From Phycisphaerales bacterium (GTDB lineage: Bacteria > Planctomycetota > Phycisphaerae > Phycisphaerales > SM1A02), in assembly GCA_044356865.1 (NCBI GenBank), contig JBIKVN010000001.1, forward strand, positions 1 through 42,746: a stretch of DNA of 42,746 nt. Reading direction: 5' to 3'. The notes beneath the pieces are model-generated. The model was not told the origin of the DNA, did not search any database, and saw nothing but the letters and a program-made list of their open reading frames with translations. How positions within the stretch are numbered: the stretch's first letter is position 1; every line of letters starts with the position of its first letter. This document shows positions 31,506 through 39,421 of this stretch, piece by piece. The position numbers and the translations under genes were made by a program.

Positions 31506-32962
31506 TCGACGTGATGATCATCACCTACAACGAGGCCCAGAACCTGCCGCATTGCCTGGCCGCGCTGCAGGGCTGGGTCCGCCGCGTGTTCGTGGTCGAC
31601 TCCGGCTCGACCGACGAGACCTGCGAGATCGCCCGGCGGTTCGGGGCCGAGGTCGTGCACCACGACTGGGAGGGATACGCCCGGCAGAAGAACTGGGGGC
31701 TCGATCACCTGCCCTTCGCCTCGCCGTGGATCCTGCTGCTCGACGCCGACGAGGAAGTGACCCCGGAGCTGCGGGATCGACTGGTCGCCATCGCCTCGCG
31801 GCCGGCCGAGAGCGTGCCCGAGGACGGCTTCAGCATCAACCGGCTCACCTACTTCCTCAACGCGCCGATCCGCCACTGCGGCTACTTCCCCAGTTACCAC
31901 CTTCGCTTCTTCAAGCGAGGCCGCGGGCGGTACGAGGATCGCGCGGTGCACGAGCACCTGATGGTCGATGGCCCGATCGGTTCCATCGCGACCCCGATGC
32001 TGCACAACGATCGCCGCGGGCTCGAGCACTTCGTCGCCAAGCACAACCGGTACTCGACGCTCGAGGCGACGGCGCTTTGGGAGGAGATGAGGGATCCGTC
32101 GCTGGTCCGCGAGCACGCGTCGCTCACGCGGCAGGCGAAGTTCCACCGCTGGCTGAAGCGTCGGTTGCTCCTGCGGCTGCCGGCCCCGGGCCTGTGGCGA
32201 TTCGTCTACATGTACTTCCTGCGATTGGGCTTCCTCGATGGGCGTCCCGGGGCCGCGTTCGCCCGCTTCATCGCGATGTACGACGGGCTGGTGGCCCTGA
32301 AGCTGTACGACCTGCGGCGGCAGGGGCGGTCGTCGGCCGCGACGGTTCCGGTGAAGGCCGGTGGCCTGTCCGATCCGGAAGGCTCGGTCGATGCCCGGAC
32401 CGCCGGAGGTCGCGAGGTGTCGGCGGTCCAGATGCATCCGGAGTCCAGCCCGTGGACCACCGGCGAGAAGATCCGCCGCGCCCTCTGGATGATCGTCGGC
32501 CGGCCGCTGTTCCGGGCCAGCTTCCACAACTGGTATCGCTATCGCGCGACGATCCTGCGGCTGTTCGGGGCGAAGATCGGACGCGGCGTGGCGATCCGGC
32601 CCAGCGCCTGGGTCGAGGTGCCGTGGATGCTCTCGCTCGACGACGATGTCACGGTGGGTGACTTCGCGATCCTCTACAGCCTCGGGCCGATCCGGATCGG
32701 CGAGCGGACGATCATCAGCCAGTACGCGCACCTCTGCGCCGGGACCCACGACTACACCGACCACACCTTCCGGCTCATCCGTACCCCGATCACGGTCGGC
32801 CGCGACGTCTGGATCGGGGCCGACTCGTTTGTCGGTCCGGGCGTCGTCATCGGGGATCTCACCGTGCTCGGGGCTCGCTCCAGCGCATACCGGAGCCTCG
32901 AGCCGGAGTCGGTCTACGTCGGGAATCCGGCGCGGCGCGTCAAGGAGCGGAAGCTCCGATGA
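31502..32962 (+). CDS. bifunctional fusion: N-terminal GT2 glycosyltransferase plus C-terminal WcaF-like hexapeptide-repeat acetyltransferase
   Basis: ATG 31502 (ATGA overlap). The N-terminus VMIITYNEAQNLPHCLAAL...VVDSGSTDET...LLLDADEEVTPEL is GT2 of the WaaE/KdtX type. The C-terminus YRYRATILRLFGAKIGRGVAIRPSAWVEVPWMLSLDDDVTVGD...GTHDY...VGARSS matches colanic-acid WcaF-type acetyltransferases. Confidence 0.85.
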   Translation: MIDVMIITYNEAQNLPHCLAALQGWVRRVFVVDSGSTDETCEIARRFGAEVVHHDWEGYARQKNWGLDHLPFASPWILLLDADEEVTPELRDRLVAIASRPAESVPEDGFSINRLTYFLNAPIRHCGYFPSYHLRFFKRGRGRYEDRAVHEHLMVDGPIGSIATPMLHNDRRGLEHFVAKHNRYSTLEATALWEEMRDPSLVREHASLTRQAKFHRWLKRRLLLRLPAPGLWRFVYMYFLRLGFLDGRPGAAFARFIAMYDGLVALKLYDLRRQGRSSAATVPVKAGGLSDPEGSVDARTAGGREVSAVQMHPESSPWTTGEKIRRALWMIVGRPLFRASFHNWYRYRATILRLFGAKIGRGVAIRPSAWVEVPWMLSLDDDVTVGDFAILYSLGPIRIGERTIISQYAHLCAGTHDYTDHTFRLIRTPITVGRDVWIGADSFVGPGVVIGDLTVLGARSSAYRSLEPESVYVGNPARRVKERKLR

Positions 32963-33525
32963 CCGCGCCGTTCGCTACCGAGGCGGAGTCCCGCTTCCGG
33001 GCGTGGGAGTCCGCGGGTCGCGCCCGCCGGGCGCTCTGGCGGTGCGCCGGGGCGATCGGCTTCGGCCTGGTTCCGGAACCCTTTCCCGCGGTGCGAAACT
33101 GGGTCCTCCGCCGATTCGGAGCTCGCGTGGGCCCGGGAACGACCATCTCCCGCTCGGTGCGGATCACGGATCCGTGGAACCTGCGGATCGGCGCCGGCTC
33201 CGAAGTCCACTTCGGCGCCACGCTCGACTGCATGGGATCGATAGAGATCGGCGACCGGGTGCGGATCAGCCAGTATGCGAATCTCTGCGCGGGAACCCAC
33301 GACCTGTCGTCACCCGGACTCCCGATCGTGGCGGCCCCGATCCGGATCGGAAATGACGTCTGGATCGCCGCGGATGCCTTTGTCGGTCCGAACGCGGTGA
33401 TCGGTGCGGGCTCGGTCGTTGCGGCCCGATCATCGGCCTTCGGAACGCTTCCGGAGGGTATGGTGTGCGTGGGCGAGCCGGCCCGTCCGGTGAAGCCGCG
33501 AGGGCGCGGCCCCGTCCATCGATGA
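32959..33525 (+). CDS. WcaF-like hexapeptide-repeat acetyltransferase (stand-alone paralog)
   Basis: ATG 32959 (ATGA overlap). VRNWVLRRFGARVGPGTTISRSVRITDPWNLRIGAGSEV...CAGTHDL...IGAGSVVAARSS parallels the C-terminal half of the preceding fusion. Confidence 0.85.
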   Translation: MTAPFATEAESRFRAWESAGRARRALWRCAGAIGFGLVPEPFPAVRNWVLRRFGARVGPGTTISRSVRITDPWNLRIGAGSEVHFGATLDCMGSIEIGDRVRISQYANLCAGTHDLSSPGLPIVAAPIRIGNDVWIAADAFVGPNAVIGAGSVVAARSSAFGTLPEGMVCVGEPARPVKPRGRGPVHR

Positions 33526-33528
33526 CGG

Positions 33529-35100
33529 ATGCCGGCCTTCCCCACGATCCCATCGATGTCCGCTTCCATCCCATCGCTCCGGCTCATGAACACCCTGTCC
33601 CGCTCGATCGAGCCCTTCCGGCCGATCGATCCCGCGGGCCGTCGCGTCACGTTCTATTCCTGCGGCCCCACCGTCTACGACGACGCCCACATCGGCAACT
33701 TCCGCTCGTTCCTGAACGCCGACCTGCTGCGCCGCACCCTCGAGCTGCTCGGTCTCGAGGTCCGCCACGTGATGAACATCACCGACGTCGGGCACATGAC
33801 CGAGGACTCCGACGCCGACGGCGGCGGCGAGGACAAGATGGCGGTCGCCGGCCGCCGCATCGCCGAGGCCAAGAAGAGCGGAGCCCTGCCGCCGGGCGTC
33901 GAGATCGACCCCGGCAATCCCTACGCGATCGCCGACTTCTACGCGGGACGTTTCCTCGAGGACGCCCGCCAGCTCGGCCTGAAGGTCGCCGACGCCGCCG
34001 CCCGCGACCCGTCGCTCATGCCGCGACCGACCGCGTTCGTGCCGCAGATGATCGAGCTGGTGCGCACCCTCATCGACCGCGGCCACGCGTATGTCGGCGG
34101 CGATGGCGTCGTGTACTTCGACGTGCGATCGTTCCCGGCGTACGGCCGCCTCTCGAACAACACGCTCGAGGCCCTCAAGGAAGGCGCCGGCGAGCGGGTG
34201 AACGCCGCGAACCAGGCGAACAAGCGGCATCCGGCCGACTTCATGCTGTGGAAGCCGGATCCGACGCACCTGATGCGCTGGCCGAGCCCGTGGGGCGAGG
34301 GTTACCCCGGCTGGCATCTCGAATGCTCGGCCATGGCGGCCGCGCTGCTCGGCGACGAGATCGACCTGCACTCGGGCGGCGAGGACAACATCTTCCCGCA
34401 CCACGAGTGCGAGATCGCCCAGAGTTGCGGGGCGAGCGGCCATGCGTGCTTCGCCCGGCACTGGTTCCACACCCGCCACCTCATGGTCGAGGGGGCGAAG
34501 ATGTCGAAGAGCAAGGGAAACTTCTTCACCGCCCGCGATCTCTTCGCGAAGGGCGTCACGCCGGCGGCGCTGCGCCTCGAACTGGTGCGGACCCATTACC
34601 GCACGAACGCGAACTTCACGCTGCAGGGATTGGCCGATTGCCAGCGGCAGGTCGATCGCTGGACGCGGGCGTGCGAGGCGCTCGCGGCTGCGGCCGCCGG
34701 CCGGATGGCCGATGCCCGGCGCGAGCCGGGTCCGTTCGAGCGCGGGCTGGCCGACTTCACGGCCGCGCTGTGCGACGACCTGAACGTCGCCTCGGCCATC
34801 GCCGCGCTCAACACCGCGACATCGGGAACGCAGGGCGATGCCTGTCCGGCGCGCGAGCTCGCGGCCCTGCACCGCATGGACTCGGTCCTTGGTGTCCTCG
34901 AGCGCAACCGCCCGATCGGCGGGGGCGACGACGCCTTCGCGGCGAAGGTCGAGACGCTCCTCGAGGCCCGGCGGGCCGCCCGCAGCGCGAAGGCCTGGGC
35001 CGAGAGCGACCGCATCCGCGACGAGCTGCTCGCTCTTGGCGTCGCCATCAAGGACGGCCCGCAGGGCACGACCTGGACCCGCACCCTCTCGACCGGCTGA
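33529..35100 (+). CDS. cysS: cysteine--tRNA ligase
   Basis: LMNTLSRSIEPF, CGPTVYDDAHIGNFRSF (HIGH-type motif), NITDVGHMTEDSDADGGGEDKM and KMSKSKGNFF (KMSKS). Start is uncertain (ATG 33529, 33556 or 33586). 33529 is 3 nt after the acetyltransferase stop. Confidence 0.93.
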   Translation: MPAFPTIPSMSASIPSLRLMNTLSRSIEPFRPIDPAGRRVTFYSCGPTVYDDAHIGNFRSFLNADLLRRTLELLGLEVRHVMNITDVGHMTEDSDADGGGEDKMAVAGRRIAEAKKSGALPPGVEIDPGNPYAIADFYAGRFLEDARQLGLKVADAAARDPSLMPRPTAFVPQMIELVRTLIDRGHAYVGGDGVVYFDVRSFPAYGRLSNNTLEALKEGAGERVNAANQANKRHPADFMLWKPDPTHLMRWPSPWGEGYPGWHLECSAMAAALLGDEIDLHSGGEDNIFPHHECEIAQSCGASGHACFARHWFHTRHLMVEGAKMSKSKGNFFTARDLFAKGVTPAALRLELVRTHYRTNANFTLQGLADCQRQVDRWTRACEALAAAAAGRMADARREPGPFERGLADFTAALCDDLNVASAIAALNTATSGTQGDACPARELAALHRMDSVLGVLERNRPIGGGDDAFAAKVETLLEARRAARSAKAWAESDRIRDELLALGVAIKDGPQGTTWTRTLSTG

Positions 35101-35118
35101 GCCCGACGGAGGTCCGCC

Positions 35119-35733
35119 ATGCCGAACATTCCCGTGATCGGGCTCGTCGGCGGAATCGGCAGCGGCAAGTCGCTCGTCGGTTCGATGCTGGCGGACCTGG
35201 GTTGCCTGGTCTGCCACTCCGACGAGCTGGCCCGCTCGGCCTTGGCCGACCCGGCCGTTCGTGATGAACTCGTCCGCTGGTGGGGTAGGGAAGTTCTCGA
35301 CCCGTCCGGTGCCGTCGATCGCCGGGCGGTGGCCGGCAAGGTCTTCGCCGATCCCGCCGAGCGGAAGCGGCTGGAGGCGCTCCTCCATCCCCGGATCGAA
35401 TCGGCCCGGCGGCGGACGTTCGCCGCCGCCCCGCCCGGCACCCGGGCCCTCGTGATCGACGCCCCGCTCCTGCTCGAGGTCGGTCTGGACCGTGAGTGCG
35501 ACGCGATCATCTATATAGACAGCCTCCGCGTCGACCGGCTTCGCCGCCTCGCCGAGACCCGGGGCTGGGACTCCGCCGAGCTCGAACGCCGCGAATCGGC
35601 CCAGTGGCCGCTTGACCGCAAGCGGGCGGCGGCTCATCATGTCCTCGTCAACGCGGGGAACCAGCCTGCGTTGAGATCCGAGGTCCAGAAGGCCTTGGAG
35701 GCCGCCGAGCGAACGTTCCGAGCGGCCCGTTGA
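35119..35733 (+). CDS. coaE: dephospho-CoA kinase
   Basis: P-loop IGLVGGIGSGKSLV, then LHPRI and VIDAPLLLE blocks typical of CoaE. 204 aa. Confidence 0.9.
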   Translation: MPNIPVIGLVGGIGSGKSLVGSMLADLGCLVCHSDELARSALADPAVRDELVRWWGREVLDPSGAVDRRAVAGKVFADPAERKRLEALLHPRIESARRRTFAAAPPGTRALVIDAPLLLEVGLDRECDAIIYIDSLRVDRLRRLAETRGWDSAELERRESAQWPLDRKRAAAHHVLVNAGNQPALRSEVQKALEAAERTFRAAR

Positions 35734-35763
35734 ACCCCCTCCACAGTCCAGGAGCCGTTCCGG

Positions 35764-37467
35764 ATGTCGTGCGTACGACGTCGGACCGGACCGGAACCCA
35801 GGTCGGGAAACGAGCGGGAAACCGTGAGCACCACCGAAGCGCCGAGCGCCGCCTCCAGTAAGGGCGGCTCGCATCCGAAGAACACCTCGCACCAGAGCCA
35901 CGGCCAGCCCCACGCGGGCGGTCCGGGCCATCAACACGGCCCGCATGAGGGCCACCCGCACGGTCAGCAAGGATCCAAGCACATGGGCAAGAATCGTCGT
36001 CGTCGCAAGGGTGGTCGAGGCGGTCCGGGCGCCGAGGGCGGCGGCGGGGGTGGAGGCGGGAGCGGCGGCGGCCAGGAGCGCGGCCCGCGAATCTGGGTGC
36101 CCGCGCTCGTTCCCGGTTCGGTCCCGACCGACGAGCAGCTGGACCTCGAACTGGCCGAGCTCGAACAGAAGCTCCAGGGCAAGTACGACCTCGCCAAGAA
36201 GGAAGACCTGAACGTCGCCAGCCTGCAGCGGCTTTCGGGCGAGGAGATCGTCAAGCTCGCCAGGAAGGAAGGTCTCGAGGACATCTCGATCCCGAAGCAG
36301 AAGCTGGTCTTCGAGATCATCAAGGCCCGCGCCCAGAAGCACGGCCTCATGGTCGCCGAAGGGACGCTCGAGATCCTGCCCGACGGCTATGGCTTCCTGC
36401 GAAGCGCCGACTACTCGTACATCGCCTCACCCGATGACGTCTACGTGAGCCCGGCCCAGATCCGGCGTTTCGGCCTGCGCAAGGGCCAGATCGTGAAGGG
36501 TCTCGTCCGTCCGCCGAAGGAAGCCGAGACCTTCTTCGCGCTCCTCCGCATCGAGAGCGTGAACGGACGCGACCCGAAGGTCCTGCACGACCTGCCGACC
36601 TTCGAGAACCTGACGCCGCTCCATCCGAACAAGCGGATCCAGCTCGAGCTTCTCGGCCAGCCGAACAAGATCGAGACCCGCATCATCGACATGGTGACGC
36701 CGCTCGGCTTCGGCCAGCGGGCCCTCATCGTCGCTCCGCCCCGCACCGGCAAGACGGTGATCCTGCAGCAGATCACCAACGCGATCGCCACCAACCACCC
36801 CGACGTGCACGTGATCGTGCTGCTCGTCGACGAGCGGCCCGAGGAAGTGACCGACTTCCGCCGCAACACGCCGAAGCGGGTCGAGGTCGTCGCCAGCACC
36901 TTCGACGAGGAGGCCAGCCGGCACATCCAGGTCGCCGAGATGGTCATGGAGAAGGCCCGCCGCATGGTCGAGTTCGGCGACCACGTGGTGATCCTCCTCG
37001 ACTCGATCACGCGTCTGGCGCGTGGCTACAACAACGCCATGCCGGGCGGCGGCAAGATCGGCTCGGGCGGCGTCGACAACGCGGCCCTCATCAAGCCGAA
37101 GAAGTTCTTCGGTTCGGCCCGGAACATCGAGAACGGCGGCTCGCTCACCATCCTCGGCACGGCGCTCGTCGACACCGGCAGCCGCGCCGACGAGGTGATC
37201 TTCGAGGAGTTCAAGGGCACCGGCAACGCCGAGCTGCACCTGGACCGCAAGCTCGTCGAGAAGCGGGTCTACCCCGCGATCGACGTGGCGGCCAGCGGCA
37301 CGCGTCGCGAGGAGCTCCTGCTCGATCCAAAGGAACACGAGCTCATCGTGCGGCTCCGCAAGGTCATCAGCGACATGAACGTCGTCGAGGCCATGGAGCT
37401 GCTCAAGACCCGGGTCACGAAGACCAAGAGCAACGCCGAGTTCCTGCTGACCATGAGCAAGGGTTGA
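35764..37467 (+). CDS. rho: transcription termination factor Rho with a His/Gly/Arg-rich N-terminal extension
   Basis: Rho_N / CSD region ([33 protein letters not shown]). Walker [34 protein letters not shown], and [30 protein letters not shown]. Start is uncertain (ATG 35764 or GTG 35824). Confidence 0.95.
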   Translation: MSCVRRRTGPEPRSGNERETVSTTEAPSAASSKGGSHPKNTSHQSHGQPHAGGPGHQHGPHEGHPHGQQGSKHMGKNRRRRKGGRGGPGAEGGGGGGGGSGGGQERGPRIWVPALVPGSVPTDEQLDLELAELEQKLQGKYDLAKKEDLNVASLQRLSGEEIVKLARKEGLEDISIPKQKLVFEIIKARAQKHGLMVAEGTLEILPDGYGFLRSADYSYIASPDDVYVSPAQIRRFGLRKGQIVKGLVRPPKEAETFFALLRIESVNGRDPKVLHDLPTFENLTPLHPNKRIQLELLGQPNKIETRIIDMVTPLGFGQRALIVAPPRTGKTVILQQITNAIATNHPDVHVIVLLVDERPEEVTDFRRNTPKRVEVVASTFDEEASRHIQVAEMVMEKARRMVEFGDHVVILLDSITRLARGYNNAMPGGGKIGSGGVDNAALIKPKKFFGSARNIENGGSLTILGTALVDTGSRADEVIFEEFKGTGNAELHLDRKLVEKRVYPAIDVAASGTRREELLLDPKEHELIVRLRKVISDMNVVEAMELLKTRVTKTKSNAEFLLTMSKG

Positions 37468-37510
37468 CCTGACCCGGTCGGTGTTTTTCCGGGGTCATCG
37501 GAGGCCAACC

Positions 37511-38224
37511 ATGGGAATCATCAGGCACTGGTGGCGAAGCTGGAAGTTGCGGCGAGCGGGCATCGTGAAGCCGCTCCCGGACGTTCGCCTCGCGACCCGC
37601 CGATTCGGCTCGGGCTATGGGGGCTGGAATCTCGTCGATGGCCTCGTCCGCGACGACTCGGTGGTCTACTCCTTCGGCCTGGGCGAGGACATCTCGTTTG
37701 ACCTCGACCTGATCGCCACCCACCGCACGGTCGTGCACGGCTTCGATCCGACACCGCGATCGGTCGAATGGGTGCGGCGGCAGTCGCTTCCTCCGCAGTT
37801 TCAGCTACACGCGGAGGGGATTGCCGACTTCGACGGGGAGGCGACCTTCCATCCGCCCCGCGATCCGTCGCATGTCTCGCACAGCATGGTCGAGGCCGAC
37901 GGGGGATCACCGGGCATACGCGTCCCGGTGCGGCGCCTCGAGTCCATCATGGCCAGCCTGGGCCATCGGCAGGTGGACATCCTGAAGATGGACATCGAGG
38001 GCGCGGAGTACGCGGTCATCGATCACCTGGCCACGACCGGGGTCCGGCCCCGGCAGTTTCTCGTCGAGTTTCACCATCGTTTCTCCGCGGTCGGTTGGCC
38101 CCGCACGCAGGCCTCCTTGGCAACCCTGCGCTCGTGCGGGTACCGCCTCTTTTGGGTCTCGGACAGCGTGGAGGAGTTCGGGTTCGTTCATGAGGATGCC
38201 CTCCGCGGTTCGATACCCGCGTGA
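37511..38224 (+). CDS. FkbM family methyltransferase
   Basis: ATG 37511 is preceded by GGAGG. VYSFGLGEDISFDLDL...HGFDPTP...DILKMDIEGAEYAVI...LVEFHH is the FkbM-type SAM methyltransferase pattern. Confidence 0.8.
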   Translation: MGIIRHWWRSWKLRRAGIVKPLPDVRLATRRFGSGYGGWNLVDGLVRDDSVVYSFGLGEDISFDLDLIATHRTVVHGFDPTPRSVEWVRRQSLPPQFQLHAEGIADFDGEATFHPPRDPSHVSHSMVEADGGSPGIRVPVRRLESIMASLGHRQVDILKMDIEGAEYAVIDHLATTGVRPRQFLVEFHHRFSAVGWPRTQASLATLRSCGYRLFWVSDSVEEFGFVHEDALRGSIPA

Positions 38225-38262
38225 CGGCCGGCCCGTCCCTCCGGATCGTCCGGGAGGCATCG

Positions 38263-39408
38263 ATGCGCATCCTTCACGTCATCGAAACCCTCGATCCCGA
38301 CGCCGGCGGCCCGCCGGCGGTGGTGCTTCGGCTCGCGGCCGCCCAGGCGGCGCTCGGGCATGAGGTGCAGGTTGCGTCCCCGCCGCTCGCGACGTCGCGA
38401 CAGCCCGCGTTCCGCGCCTCGCTCGAGGGAATCCCCCTGATCGCCAAGGTCCGGTTCATCAGCCTGTCTCGGGCGGAGACGGTCCGCTGGCTTGCCGGCC
38501 GAGGCGGTGGCTTGCCGGAGGTCGACTTCGTCCATCTGCACGGCGTGTGGAGTCCGCTGATCCTGGCGGCCGCGGCCGCGGCGCGACGAGCCGGCATCGG
38601 ATACGCGGTCGCTCCCCACGGGATGCTCGACCCCTGGTCGCTGCAGCAGAAGCGGTGGAAGAAGCGATTCGCGCTGGCCATCGGTTGGCGCAGGATGCTT
38701 GATCACGCTCGATTCCTGCATGTCCTCAATGCCGACGAGGCGTCCCTGTTGACGCCGCTGGCCGTGCGTTGCCCGTCGCGAGTCATCCCGAACGGCATCT
38801 TTCTCGAGGAACTTCTGCCGCTGCCGGAGCCCGGGGCGTTTCGCGCCGAGTTCCCGGCGCTGGCCGACCGTCCGTACATCCTCTTCCTGTCACGATTGCA
38901 TCACAAGAAGGGTCTCGATCGGCTCGCGGCCGGATTCGCGCGGGTCGCCGCCGAGGACTCCGAGGTCCACTTGGTGGTCGCGGGTCCCGATGGCGGCGCG
39001 CAACCCGAGTTCGAGGCGGCGATCTCGGCGGCCGGCCTCGGGGCGCGGACCCATCTCACCGGCCCGATCTACGGGCGCCGCAAGTATGCGGCGATGGTGG
39101 ATTGCTCTTGCTTTTGCCTGCCGAGCCGGCAAGAGGGCTTCAGCGTCGCGATCACCGAGGCGCTCGCGGTGGGTCGCCCGGTGGTGATCACCCCGGAGTG
39201 CCATTTTCCCGAGGTGGGTAGCGTCGATGCGGGCATCGTCACGTCGGCCGAGCCGGAACCTCTGGCCGCCGCGCTGCTCGAGCTCCTGAGGGATCCCGCC
39301 CGGAGTGCGGAGCGGGGACGACGGGGGGCCGATCTCGTCCGCCATCGCTTCACATGGGGCCGGATCGCCGAGGCGACGGCCCGGGCGTACCTCGGCGGGC
39401 CCCCTTGA
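38263..39408 (+). CDS. glycosyltransferase family 4 (paralog of the 20701-21861 gene)
   Basis: ATG 38263 is preceded by GGGAGG; the alternative GTG 38221 overlaps the FkbM stop. MRILHVIETLDPDAGGPP, HLHGVWSPL, PHGMLDPWSLQQKRWKK, LFLSRLHHKKGLD and LPSRQEGFSVAITEALAVGRPVV. Confidence 0.85.
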   Translation: MRILHVIETLDPDAGGPPAVVLRLAAAQAALGHEVQVASPPLATSRQPAFRASLEGIPLIAKVRFISLSRAETVRWLAGRGGGLPEVDFVHLHGVWSPLILAAAAAARRAGIGYAVAPHGMLDPWSLQQKRWKKRFALAIGWRRMLDHARFLHVLNADEASLLTPLAVRCPSRVIPNGIFLEELLPLPEPGAFRAEFPALADRPYILFLSRLHHKKGLDRLAAGFARVAAEDSEVHLVVAGPDGGAQPEFEAAISAAGLGARTHLTGPIYGRRKYAAMVDCSCFCLPSRQEGFSVAITEALAVGRPVVITPECHFPEVGSVDAGIVTSAEPEPLAAALLELLRDPARSAERGRRGADLVRHRFTWGRIAEATARAYLGGPP

Positions 39409-39421
39409 TGCGGCGGGAATC

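Noticed and set aside
36030-36075. A G-rich run in rho (GGGCGGCGGCGGGGGTGGAGGCGGGAGCGGCGGCGGC) as a G-quadruplex motif.
   Set aside because: Only three runs of three or more G lie within a compact span. The sequence is explained by the poly-Gly coding tract.
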